A stretch of DNA of 63,381 bases, filler included, from Stramenopiles sp. TOSAG23-2 (lineage: Eukaryota): NCBI GenBank assembly GCA_900128395.1. It is 7 parts of 7 records of this genome, joined end to end, with 100 filler letters (N's around TTAATTAATTAA, not from the genome) between each part and the next. Parts side by side here need not be neighbours in the genome. Positions count along the whole stretch, not along the records: positions 1 to 27,469 come from LT649417.1; 6 more parts are not named here. The stretch is one strand, 5' to 3'. How positions within the stretch are numbered: position 1 is the first letter of the stretch; each line of letters begins with the position of its first letter. Positions 12,211 through 22,820 of the stretch are shown in pieces. The notes under the pieces were generated by a model. It worked only from the letters and a program-made list of their open reading frames with translations, did no database searches and was not told where the DNA came from. Position numbers and translations under genes: made by a program.

Positions 12211-13446
12211 TTACTTTTTTTTAGTTTGTTGTTGTTGTTGATTGTTATTATTATCTTTTTCTTCAAATTTACCTTCGCTTATCTTCTTTCCATCATCCTC
12301 TACTTCATGATCATCATGTTCAGTTTCATTTTTCTTGTTAATAATTTCTTGTTGTTGCAATTGCAATTTTTGTAAACGTTGATTGGAACGTTTCATAATT
12401 TCCTCCCTTTTTGTTTGAAAATTAGTACGTGCAGTTTGTTGTTGAATGTTTAATTTCAAAACAGTTTGATTAAAATTTGTCCTATTAATAATCGTTTCAG
12501 ACGTTGTAGTAGAAGAGGAAGAATTATTTGATGTATTAGTACTACTATTCGCTATCTTTCTTGAACTACCTTTTTGAACAATCTTGATTTGTTCCGTATT
12601 TTTATTTCCTTGATTTAAAATTGCACGTTCATATGCACATCCAACACATAAATCTAATGTTTTTTCTTTACCATCATTCAATAAAACAACTTGAAATCTT
12701 GTGCCATATATAATACAACGACCACATTTTGTACCATCACATTGAAATAATGCATCCTCATCATCTTCTTCTTCTTCCTCCTCCTCCTCTTCTTCTTCTC
12801 CCCCAACATCACCAATTAATGTTGATACATCAATATCCATACGACTACCATCCAATGATAGTAATTTTGGGAAATATTTTCGAACATTGGCACGATAACT
12901 AGTATTATTTTCCAGACTACTACATGGATTACCATATAAATTTAAAATCATAAGTTTTTTAGTTGGCAAATTTGAATAATCGGCATTTTCTACTGAAATA
13001 TTATTTAATGATAAATCTAGCACTTTCAAGTTTCTTAAATGATTTAAATTTTCTATTTTCCTAATATAATTATCGCTTAGATTTAACCATGTTAAGTTCA
13101 TATGAAAATCTAAATTTTCAATTTTTTGAATATAATTTCCTTGTAAATATATACGCTCGACTTTATCAACAAGCTCTAAACCATCAATTTCAGGAATCAT
13201 CTTATTATCTAACCGAACAACTTTTGCTTTTAATAAGGCATCCATCACCTGATCTTCCGATTTATTTCCTACATTATTCACACCAAGCACACCAATTTTT
13301 AACAACTTGGCATTGATTCTTTGCCTATTCGTATTGTTGTCCTCGCGTGGATGACGTAATAAATATAAATTAGATGCAGAGTTATCCACTTCTTTTTGTA
13401 TTGGTGGGGCTGTTACAAAATCTGTTTTTTCCTCTTGTGATGTCAT
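12211..13446 (-). CDS. SDS22-type leucine-rich repeat protein (LRRC46-like) with a degenerate ZZ-like Cys cluster and coiled coil
   Basis: YLQGNYIQKIENL repeats, LRRcap (GNPC...YR..V...FPKLLSLDG), CDG..C...DLCVGC. Confidence 0.78.
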   Translation of the reverse strand: MTSQEEKTDFVTAPPIQKEVDNSASNLYLLRHPREDNNTNRQRINAKLLKIGVLGVNNVGNKSEDQVMDALLKAKVVRLDNKMIPEIDGLELVDKVERIYLQGNYIQKIENLDFHMNLTWLNLSDNYIRKIENLNHLRNLKVLDLSLNNISVENADYSNLPTKKLMILNLYGNPCSSLENNTSYRANVRKYFPKLLSLDGSRMDIDVSTLIGDVGGEEEEEEEEEEEDDEDALFQCDGTKCGRCIIYGTRFQVVLLNDGKEKTLDLCVGCAYERAILNQGNKNTEQIKIVQKGSSRKIANSSTNTSNNSSSSTTTSETIINRTNFNQTVLKLNIQQQTARTNFQTKREEIMKRSNQRLQKLQLQQQEIINKKNETEHDDHEVEDDGKKISEGKFEEKDNNNNQQQQQTKKK

Positions 13447-13776
13447 TTGTCTTTTCTTTTTGGTATGGTGGCACTCTTGTTGTAATTAGTTAATATTATT
13501 ATATACAATCTATGATATGAATCACGATAGCAGCAGATTGTTTGACCACACACACACATACACATATTACCTCTGTATAACTGTGTAACTTAAACTGGAA
13601 ATAGAAAGAAGAAAAAGGCCTGGAAAGCATGCGAAAGTCAGAAGAAGTAATCAAAAAAAAAAAATAACGTTTTGTTGGTATTTGGTACAAAAATAGGTAC
13701 TTGGTAATATACTAAGGATCTAACCCTATAAAGGAACATGAAAATTAAAAATTTTAACCCCGGTAGAACTACAGTA

Positions 13777-14316
13777 TCATCTGGTGTAAGAGGGTAAATA
13801 CTGTTCTGCTGTTACTGTTTCATCGAGATTAATTTCAATCTTAAATTCTGGCAAGTCCACGAACTTAGCCATCTTAACAGCCACTGCAAGTAAATATGGT
13901 TTTAACTTTTCTTCTGCCATATCCCTTATTGCTTCATATTCATCATTCTCTTGAACTTCCTTCTTTACACTTTCAATGTGTTCGACCGCCTTTGCTAAGA
14001 ACTTCCCGGATATCTTATTTGCCTCATACAGAATTGTAATTGCTGTTGCCTGTTCAATATTGTCAATATGCATATATAAGTTTTGGTGCCTTGTACGTAA
14101 AAGTGTATGGCAAAAGTTCAGCAATTCTTGCTTCGCTTGGTTGTTGGCTTCGCTATCTAGCTCAGCTATCGCTGGTATGCTGTCCATATTAATATATGGT
14201 GGTTCCACTGGTATACCAAAAGTCTGGAATGATATAGACTGTTCGTATAAAGTTTTCCACCTTTCGTGTGGAGACGGTCTGCTGCGTTGCATATTATTAC
14301 TAAATAAATTTTCCAT
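13777..14316 (-). CDS. Hypothetical protein
   Basis: 179-aa ATG ORF with globular-like composition; no recognised motif. Confidence 0.4.
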   Translation of the reverse strand: MENLFSNNMQRSRPSPHERWKTLYEQSISFQTFGIPVEPPYINMDSIPAIAELDSEANNQAKQELLNFCHTLLRTRHQNLYMHIDNIEQATAITILYEANKISGKFLAKAVEHIESVKKEVQENDEYEAIRDMAEEKLKPYLLAVAVKMAKFVDLPEFKIEINLDETVTAEQYLPSYTR

Positions 14317-14388
14317 GGTTTTGCTAAAATTTTAAATTATGTCTCGGATGGCAGTGCGGATGATTTTAGAAGAAAACATGGTGATGCG

Positions 14389-15042
14389 GTGGAGGACGCT
14401 CACAACATGTTGGGGATAGAGAAGTTTGTGAAGGAGCAGGATGGTAGTAATTATGGTGTCGATAAGTGTGTTAGTAAAAGTAAAAGTAATGCTAATATAT
14501 CTACAAATAATTCTATCAAAAATAATAGTAATAATTGGGTGCAATATGGTGATAATAATAATAGTGATAATACTAAGGGTATTAGTGGTGATAAGAATAT
14601 TAATAATATCAAGGATGGGAGAAGGAGTAGTGGTAAGATGAAAGGTCATCAGCATAATGAGAATTCGAAGCGCAAAGTAAATGAGGCTGGTAGTATGATT
14701 GAAGAAAATGCAGGTGAAACTTTGAAAGGTAGTACGACCAATAGTTTCAATAATACTAAAAAAGTAAGCCATATTTCGTATGAGGAGATGGATGGTAGCA
14801 GGGAGGATGCTGATATTAATAATAATAATACGGGCAGAAAGGAATTGAGGGAGGAGGAAGACGATGATAGCACTGAAAATAAGGGAGGTAATGCCCCTTG
14901 TCCTCCAACTCCAAAAAGCAATAATAAAGTAAATGAAATGTTAGATGCCATTAAAGGAATCGAGAGGGAAAATAATAATAATAATAATAAAAATAGATTT
15001 AGTGAGCTAGGGAAATCAGGGATTTTCTTTTTGGGGAACTAG
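14389..15042 (+). CDS. Low-complexity ORF fragment without a clear start codon
   Basis: Purine-rich open frame (N/K/E/S rich) lying head-to-head with the previous ORF. Confidence 0.3.
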   Translation: MEDAHNMLGIEKFVKEQDGSNYGVDKCVSKSKSNANISTNNSIKNNSNNWVQYGDNNNSDNTKGISGDKNINNIKDGRRSSGKMKGHQHNENSKRKVNEAGSMIEENAGETLKGSTTNSFNNTKKVSHISYEEMDGSREDADINNNNTGRKELREEEDDDSTENKGGNAPCPPTPKSNNKVNEMLDAIKGIERENNNNNNKNRFSELGKSGIFFLGN

Positions 15043-15473
15043 TTGAGAATTGGATTCTCAATTATTTTATGCTGGAGTGTGTATGTATAAAACTTTTTTT
15101 TAAAGTACTTAAATCTATTTAAACGTAACGAGAAGTTACTGTACCTAATTGGATTGCCAGTCCAAGATTAGTAGGACCATAGCATAGTGATATACCCATG
15201 CTATTCCTATGCTATATACCTTAAATAACCTTACCTGCTAAAACAAAAAAAACAACAACTCAGAGAGAACAACTCAAGGTGCCGCCAAGCAACAAAAAAA
15301 GGGAGGAACAGCACAAAAAAACAACAAAAAAGTTCATCTCTCAATTGATATATTGATATACATGACACAATCATTCACGATGAAAACATACATATTGCTC
15401 TTTTCATTCATAGGTAAATAGATATATATATAGAGAGAGAGAGAGAAAGAAAGAACTAGTTAGATAAAAAGCG

Positions 15474-17000
15474 ATGTTGAGAAAATACACGCCGAAATAT
15501 ACGAATACATTTCGTTTCTTTGTCTCCACGCACGCATCCCCATTTTTGACATACCAATTTTTATTGGGTGTATTACTATCCTGTATATATATATTTGCTA
15601 ATAATAATGTTGCCTTCGCTATTAAACGATTGCAATGTCCAAATCAATGTGGTAATAGTTTGGACAATATGACAACTACGCCTGGTGTAAAACGTGGTGT
15701 ATGTGTTGATGGTCTTTGTCATTGTTACACTGGTTTTTCTGGCGTTGATTGTTCAGAGGGTCACGGGCCTAAAAATAGACATACATTTCCTGTTAAAGAT
15801 AACGCAGTATTAAAAATTTTAGAAGAGGATGATACTACGTGTGACTCCACGACATGTTTTTCCCTATGTTCGTATGGTGGATCTTGTACATCTAAATTTA
15901 CATGTAAATGTTTCAATAAATGGGGTAAAGGCCCAGCAGATGTATTATCCAAAGAAAAAGATGATAAAAAAAACGAGACAAATACAACCACTAGTAGCGA
16001 TCCGACGAAAATTAAAGTATTTTATCGTAAACCACTTGTACCGAAGGAACGTATATATTTATTATCAGTCATGCGAAGTTTAGGAGTACCAAATCCAGGT
16101 GGTGATCCATGTAGAAATCAATGGAGAAATCCACGTGGATTTTTAATGGTCAGTTGTAACCCGGAAGGGCATGTAGTTGGTGTTGATTTTGGTAGAATGA
16201 ATTTACGTGGAACCATTTCCCCATCTATTGGTGGTTTAAAACATTTACGTGATATAGCGATGAATAATAATTTGATACGTGGTCATATTCCATCGCAAAT
16301 TGGTCAATTGCGTGAATTAGAAATGTTATTATTGTACAAAAATAATCTTGTCGGCCATATACCTGATTTGTCAAAAACGCGATTAATTAATTTAGTTTTG
16401 TATGGTAATTTTTTAACGGGTGGAATTCCATATTCACTTTCATTTTTGTTTCAAACATTATTGATGATTGACGTGTCGTTTAATAAATTAGATGGTGTGA
16501 TTGCTAAAAATATATGGAGAATGGAAAGATTAGATACTTTTTATGTGAATCATAATCATTTACATGGTGTAATACCAAAAGGTGTTAATCAATGGAGTCA
16601 TATTAAAAACATGCGATATGAAGAAAATAATTTCGATAATCAAGTCAAAAATGTTGGTAATGCAGAAGTATGGTCTGATCAAACACATTTAGATCGTACG
16701 GAAGAATGGGGAGAGGAATGGAAAAATGGCTTGGTATATGATCAACGTAATCGTCAAAGAATATTTGAAGAAATTGCAAAGAAGAAAGAAAAAGAAAAAA
16801 AAGAAGTAAAAGAGAAATTAGAAAAAGCTGCAGGTGTTGCGGCTGCAAAAAAAGGTGCTGAATGGCAAAAGGCAATGGTTAAAGAACCGGAGAAGAAAGA
16901 TGAAGAAGCTAAAGGAGGAGGAGGAGGAGGAGAAGCTGCACCTGCAGCAGGTATGAAGATAACAGATAAGCAACCAAGTGATACAGACGTAATCGAGTAA
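15474..17000 (+). CDS. Secreted or membrane-anchored EGF-like + plant-type LRR protein
   Basis: N-terminal hydrophobic segment; EGF motif GVCVDGLCHCYTGFSGVDC; LRRs of type NNLIRGHIPSQIGQLRELEML; charged tail. Confidence 0.8.
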   Translation: MLRKYTPKYTNTFRFFVSTHASPFLTYQFLLGVLLSCIYIFANNNVAFAIKRLQCPNQCGNSLDNMTTTPGVKRGVCVDGLCHCYTGFSGVDCSEGHGPKNRHTFPVKDNAVLKILEEDDTTCDSTTCFSLCSYGGSCTSKFTCKCFNKWGKGPADVLSKEKDDKKNETNTTTSSDPTKIKVFYRKPLVPKERIYLLSVMRSLGVPNPGGDPCRNQWRNPRGFLMVSCNPEGHVVGVDFGRMNLRGTISPSIGGLKHLRDIAMNNNLIRGHIPSQIGQLRELEMLLLYKNNLVGHIPDLSKTRLINLVLYGNFLTGGIPYSLSFLFQTLLMIDVSFNKLDGVIAKNIWRMERLDTFYVNHNHLHGVIPKGVNQWSHIKNMRYEENNFDNQVKNVGNAEVWSDQTHLDRTEEWGEEWKNGLVYDQRNRQRIFEEIAKKKEKEKKEVKEKLEKAAGVAAAKKGAEWQKAMVKEPEKKDEEAKGGGGGGEAAPAAGMKITDKQPSDTDVIE

Positions 17001-17322
17001 AAGGAAAAACACACAAATAGTATTATATAAAATTATTTGTTATCATATGATATCATTACGAATCGTATCAATAAAGTTGTGTTTTTATATTTTTTCTATT
17101 TTTCTAAATGATTCGAGTAAAAGGAAAAATACTCGTACACTCTAAATATTATTACGTTTATGAAATTATTTTTTTTATTGTTGTATAAAATTGTGTGTTT
17201 TTCATTTTTTTAAAATTATTTTTTATTACGCGAATACGAACTTTCGTATTATGACTTATAAAAATTATTGTGTTTCATATTTGATGATATTTTCTATTTT
17301 TCTATAAATATATGCATAATGC

Positions 17323-17943
17323 TCACTCACTAACCGCCGATCGCTTTTTTATATCAATTAACTTTGAATCGATATCATGCATCATTGTTTTCATATTATT
17401 TAATAATGATATATATTCATTTAAATCTTCACTAGCTTCTTTATATAGAGCTTGACTTTCTTCATTTTGATGTCGTAGTTGTGTTGACATTTGTCGCATT
17501 CTAGCAGTTATATCTATTTGATTATTTTCAATTTGTTCCAAGTCTTTTTTATTCACAAGGGCATGTCCTCCAAATAAATCTATAATTTTGACAATAGCAG
17601 CAGAGGGTGGTATTTCTTTTTTAGGTAGGGATTTTTTTACATTTGATTCTGTTTTGGTGGTTTGTATATCTAATGATGGCAATGGTAAAGTTGGGGGTAA
17701 AGCAGATGGCAATGGTAATGGATTTTCTTCATCATCATCATCAACTTCTTCCTCCTCACCATCTTCTTCTTTATCTTGATTATCAATATTTTCAATAGTA
17801 TTATTATTATTATCATCATCACCTTCCTCCTCATTATCGTCTGTCGTTAAATAATGTTGCATCAACGCTTCCATCCTTGCGCGCAATTGTGGATCTACTT
17901 CCACGTCGTCCATCTCTCCTTCACTATCATTAGTTGAATTCAT
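17323..17943 (-). CDS. KxDL-domain (KXD1/BORC subunit-like) coiled-coil protein
   Basis: C-terminal LVN..DL..I...Q...R.......L...N..S...MK pattern after an acidic N-terminus. The ATG at 17943 is preferred over the track start. Confidence 0.55.
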   Translation of the reverse strand: MNSTNDSEGEMDDVEVDPQLRARMEALMQHYLTTDDNEEEGDDDNNNNTIENIDNQDKEEDGEEEEVDDDDEENPLPLPSALPPTLPLPSLDIQTTKTESNVKKSLPKKEIPPSAAIVKIIDLFGGHALVNKKDLEQIENNQIDITARMRQMSTQLRHQNEESQALYKEASEDLNEYISLLNNMKTMMHDIDSKLIDIKKRSAVSE

Positions 17944-18305
17944 CTTTATGTCTGTATATATATATATTACAGCTAAGCTGTAATATATATATATATATTG
18001 CAGACATCTTTCTATCAATATTTATTTTAATTATGATGAAGGAATAGTTCTTCTTCTTTTTTCGAAATACAAAGCAACTGCCATACATTATTATTATTAT
18101 TATTATATTACCACCAGGTGGTATACAAAAAGAAATATATGAATAATGGATAGATAGCTGGATAGGACAGATAGAAGAATATAAATCATTAAACATCTTG
18201 GATATATTTATATATATATAGAGAGAGATTATTATAAAGTAGTGCTTTAGATTCTAACCCCTTTTGTCTTCACATTTTTTTTTTGTTTTATATAATCTAA
18301 TTAAT

Positions 18306-20237
18306 ATGTTGGAAACACCAAAGCAAAAGATTAAGATGGAAAATACAAGACGAAAGGAGGTGGAAGATAAAGAAAAAAAGGAGGAAGATGATATTTATAG
18401 AAGTATATCTCCACCAAATACATATGAAAAAATGTTAAAAAAACGTGCGGCAAGAACATCCACTTTTTACTTTTTAGTCATGGCACAAATATTAGTTTAT
18501 GCAGAAGCTGGTGCCGTCCCGGCATTACTACCAAATTTAACGAACTCTTTTAATTTGTCATATTCAATGCAAGGATTTTTAGGTAAGTAAATTCTATTCC
18601 CCTAAACCTGAAAAAAGAGAGACCCTCTAACACATCATCACTAATTCATACGCTTCGCTCCACAGGTGGAATAGTTTATATTGGAATTTCAATTGGTGCG
18701 CCATTGGCTTCTTCATTTTTCCAAACAAATGCAGCAAAAACTGTTTTAATGGCAGCCTTACTTATCAATGGAATCTTTGTATTATTTTTTGCATTACCAC
18801 CTGAAAATTGGAGTTATAGTTTATTAGCATGTCGTTTTATGATGGGAATGTCACAATCCTTTCTTGCAATTTTTACACCGGTATGGGTAGATGTTTTTGC
18901 TACTAGAAGTCAACAAACGCAATGGTTCAGTTGGATTCAGGCATCAACACCAGTTGGTATCATGTTTGGGTATTTATTAGGATTTATAGCAAATGCATTG
19001 AAATCATCGAATGCGAATAATGAAGAATGTTTTGGCGATCGCATTGATTGTTGGAGATTGCCATTTATTGCGCAAGCGATTTTAACAATCCCGTTATGTG
19101 TTCAATTAGCATTCATTTCGAAAAGTAATTTAAATATTAATGGAATACGACGTGCTAATACTCGTGGTCCATCTCTAGGTGACAATGATTTTGCAAAAGC
19201 TATGGATTATAGTGAAGAAGGTATTACAAATGAAGGTTTATCACGGTAAGTAAATTCTATTCCCCCTAAACCTAAAAAAAGAGACACCCTCTAACACATC
19301 ATACTCATTCATATACGCTACACTCAACAGGGTACGTGCTGATTCTTCGTTTTTGTATGGTGCAGCAGCTGCAATGCAACGGACATGGTCACAAACATTT
19401 ACTGCTATCTGTGATATATTATTAACAGGTTCATTTACAATTACGATTCTTGTATTATCTAGTTTATATTTTGTAGTTACATCCGTCCAATTTTGGGCTA
19501 CGGATTATTTAATAAATGGTCCACAGAGATATCCAGTGCATACGGTCATGTTGTGTTTCATTGTAACATCTGCCACTGGGCCAATTTTTGGTGTTCTATT
19601 CGGTGGATGGGCAGTAGATAGAATCGGTGGATATCGTTCATCACCAGAACAAAAATTAAGTAGTGTTAGTTTAGTTACAGGTTTTGCTGTAATATCAAAT
19701 ATATTTGCATTTTCAGCTACGTTTTGGCCAGCTGGAGGTATGTGGTTTGTTATGGGCTGCATTTGGTTTTTATTATTTTTTGGCGGTTCATGTTTACCAG
19801 CTTTAACTGGTATATTCATTGATGCTGTACCTAGGCGCGACAAAGCATTAGGATCATCGATGTCACAAATGGCTTTTAATTTCCTCGGGTATTTCATGTC
19901 TCCAGTATTATCAGGGGAATTGATGGCAACTTTTTCGAAAAGTTTCAAGGAATGTGAAGAATATAAAATCCCAGGTACATGCCCCGAAGCATTGGAATGG
20001 GGATTTCGTGCTAGTTTATTCGGTTCTGCAGTTGCATTGCTTTTTGTCATTTTTTTATGGTGGCATATTTTGTTACAAACAAAATGTTGGAAACATTTTA
20101 AAAGTAGAAATGATAGTGCGACTGAAAATTTGCTAAGTGGAAATACGCCACGTAAAAATAATTATAGCATTTTGGATCGTAGTGTAAATAGTGATGGTGG
20201 TGAGGAAGATGATCATCCTGCTGATGATATCTTTTAG
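18306..20237 (+). CDS. Spinster-like MFS transporter; 3 exons (18306-18582, 18666-19245, 19331-20237)
   Basis: Spliced product reads QGFLGGIVYIG, RFMMG...PVWVD, WRLPF, QFWATDY, TGPIFGVLFGG; about 12 TM helices. Confidence 0.88.
18583..18665 (+). mobile_element. Introner-like intron, copy A (83 nt)
   Basis: GT-AG intron whose removal restores the frame; nearly identical to 19246-19330. Confidence 0.8.
19246..19330 (+). mobile_element. Introner-like intron, copy B (85 nt)
   Basis: GT-AG intron whose removal restores the frame; about 10 differences from copy A by manual alignment. Confidence 0.8.
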
Positions 20238-20451
20238 AATATATATTTATATTATGATACTTTTTGTGTTTTTGTTTATTGATATGTACGAGAGTATAAT
20301 ATGATACGTCGTATATCGTTTTGCACCGCGAGCACCTTGTTGTTAATGTGTGTAAAATGTAGCACAATATAATTACGTACAAACGTTTAACATTTTATTT
20401 TTTAAAAATTTAATTTAAATAAACACATAACCAGAGACACAATTTACTTCT

Positions 20452-21471
20452 TCACACCTTCGCCATAAAATTTTGTTGAACCCAGCGCTGATTTGGAATA
20501 ACTGGTAAATTCGTTTGCATTATTTGATCATTCCGGCGATTTAACATTGCAACACGTGGTGAATTTCCACCTTTCGTAACATATTCTGGTCGCATCGCAG
20601 AGCTTTCCTTACTCCTTCTTGATGGACGACTACGTGGACTTCTACGTTTATTATTGCTTGGTGGCATTGGTTTCATAATTTTCAACTTTCTGTTTCTACG
20701 TTTATATGCATTGCTAACTTTAAATTTACTATTATAATATTGTGGTTTGCTAGATGTGTCCGTCCACACTTGGTTTGATGAGCGTAAAACTTGTGTCCAA
20801 TCCCGAGGACTACCTAATTTAATACTAGTTAATGGTGTCTCACTATCCCTTCGAGGTACATATTTTTTTTTACCATACTGCGTCGTTACCTGGCGTAATC
20901 CAGCACGTAGTCGCCTACCTTTCGTTGGTTCTGAATGTGGATTTATTTTTTTTTGACCTAATGATTTTGCTAATAACATTTCTAACTTCCTACGTTGCTT
21001 TGGTGGCATTTTTGGTGTAATTAATGAATTTCTTACATCGCCGTTTGCAGAAATGATATCATTTAATACATCATCGTTTGCGTTATTTTGATTAGATGTT
21101 TCAGGCATTTCTTGTTTTCTCAATTCTTCTTCTTCTTCTTCTTTCCTTTTTAAATCATTTGAACGCTTCCGTTCAATTGCTAATAAACGTTCAATCTTTT
21201 GTTTTTCTTCTTTAGCTTTTTTCCGATTTTCACGCACTTTTATTGGCGATGGCGGATTTGGATCTGTTACTTCAACTCTTGATCCTTTTATACACGTCTC
21301 CCGTCGTAATCCAGTTGCACCTAACATGCGTTTTGGTTTGCTACCTCTTGATTTTGGTCGTTTCTCAAAGTAACTCTCCCCGGTATAATCTTGATGTATA
21401 TTGCTAATAAATTCAATCAAATCAATATCTCCACTTTGATCGTCATCAAATTTGGTGAAAATTTTATCTAC
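20452..21471 (-). CDS. EF-hand protein with a basic disordered C-terminus (3' exon; 5' part unresolved)
   Basis: EF-hand loop FDDDQSGDIDLIEF; CAG acceptor at 21472. Confidence 0.6.
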   Translation of the reverse strand, partial: VDKIFTKFDDDQSGDIDLIEFISNIHQDYTGESYFEKRPKSRGSKPKRMLGATGLRRETCIKGSRVEVTDPNPPSPIKVRENRKKAKEEKQKIERLLAIERKRSNDLKRKEEEEEELRKQEMPETSNQNNANDDVLNDIISANGDVRNSLITPKMPPKQRRKLEMLLAKSLGQKKINPHSEPTKGRRLRAGLRQVTTQYGKKKYVPRRDSETPLTSIKLGSPRDWTQVLRSSNQVWTDTSSKPQYYNSKFKVSNAYKRRNRKLKIMKPMPPSNNKRRSPRSRPSRRSKESSAMRPEYVTKGGNSPRVAMLNRRNDQIMQTNLPVIPNQRWVQQNFMAKV

Positions 21472-22368
21472 CTGAGTGCAAGAATTTTTTTTTGTTCTAG
21501 AAAAATACGCGTGAAACGATTTTGATCGATTTCCAAAAGACAAAAGATCAATCGCTTATATGCCTATCAAATGAGCAATTATTTATACTTGAAAGGGGAC
21601 GACATTAGAATATACCTGATCTCAAACACCAAATCTCAACAAAAATCCTTAATCCACTGAAGGAAATCATCTAAAGGAAAGCTACAGTACTGTATAAGCT
21701 AGAAAGCTATAGAAAGCCAGGATAAGGAAGTTTATATGAGTTAAAAATGTTTGAAATGATGTTGTGAGACATAATGCAAATTTTATATATCTGATGAAAT
21801 TTCTCAATTTTTGTACCCATTTTGGCGGAACTTTTAAAAATGAAAATAAAATTGGCAAAAATATTCGTGTTTGAGGTGTTATAGAAATGTAGTATAAAGT
21901 TGGTAGTCTAATTTACATAATTTTGTTAGAGTACTTAAAACTATAGTATAGAGATTTTTTGTTATTTTCTATAGTAATGATAATTGTCCCTATGAAGTTT
22001 TTTTAATATATGGAAATAGCATGTAGAAATTAGCATGGACAGATGCCTTTCAACATTTTACACTTGAAAATTGTGTTTTTCTGCCATGTTTTCTGTTTTT
22101 CATTTCCTATTATATTTATACTTAATATAGTACTTTTCATATACTCAATAGATTTGTAGTGTTTGATATATTTGATAGGCCAAATTAGGTATTTTTTGTA
22201 CTTGGGAGAAGGGCATATTTCTTCTTTATTATTCACTATTCACTCGGATATTTATAACAAATTCTTATAGGAGCTTTTTAGATTTCATACTTACTAGTGA
22301 TAATAATACTTTATCACCAATTAGCACTAAATAGGCTTGATAATTTTTTCAATAGTAAACAGTTATAG

Positions 22369-22391
22369 TGACGGCGTCAAAAACGCCGTCA
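22369..22391. repeat. GC-rich perfect hairpin (9-bp stem, 5-nt loop)
   Basis: TGACGGCGT-CAAAA-ACGCCGTCA, followed by two copies of CCGTGGTCGG. Confidence 0.8.
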
Positions 22392-22820
22392 ATCCGTGGT
22401 CGGTTGTGGATTTTCCCCAGATGCCGTGGTCGGGCGATTAAGATTTTTTTAATATTTTCTTGAATAATTTCAATAATAGATATAGGGGAAATACTCTTTT
22501 TTTAAGTATAAAAAATAAATACATTATAATTATTATAGAATAATATATATGCTTTTTACTGGTTTAATTTGAATTAATATATAAGATTGTAAAAGTACGA
22601 TTGATTTTGTTGTTTGGATCTTTCTTCATATTGTTTTTTAAACAGCATATATCTGGACATCATAGAAAACATTAATATCATATATATATATATATATATC
22701 CATAATTCTGATAACTTATATACCATTTTTCATATCATTATTTTTTTTAGAAATAATACATTTGAAACAATTATATAAAGAACTACATTTACAAGATATA
22801 TATACGTACTATACCACAAA

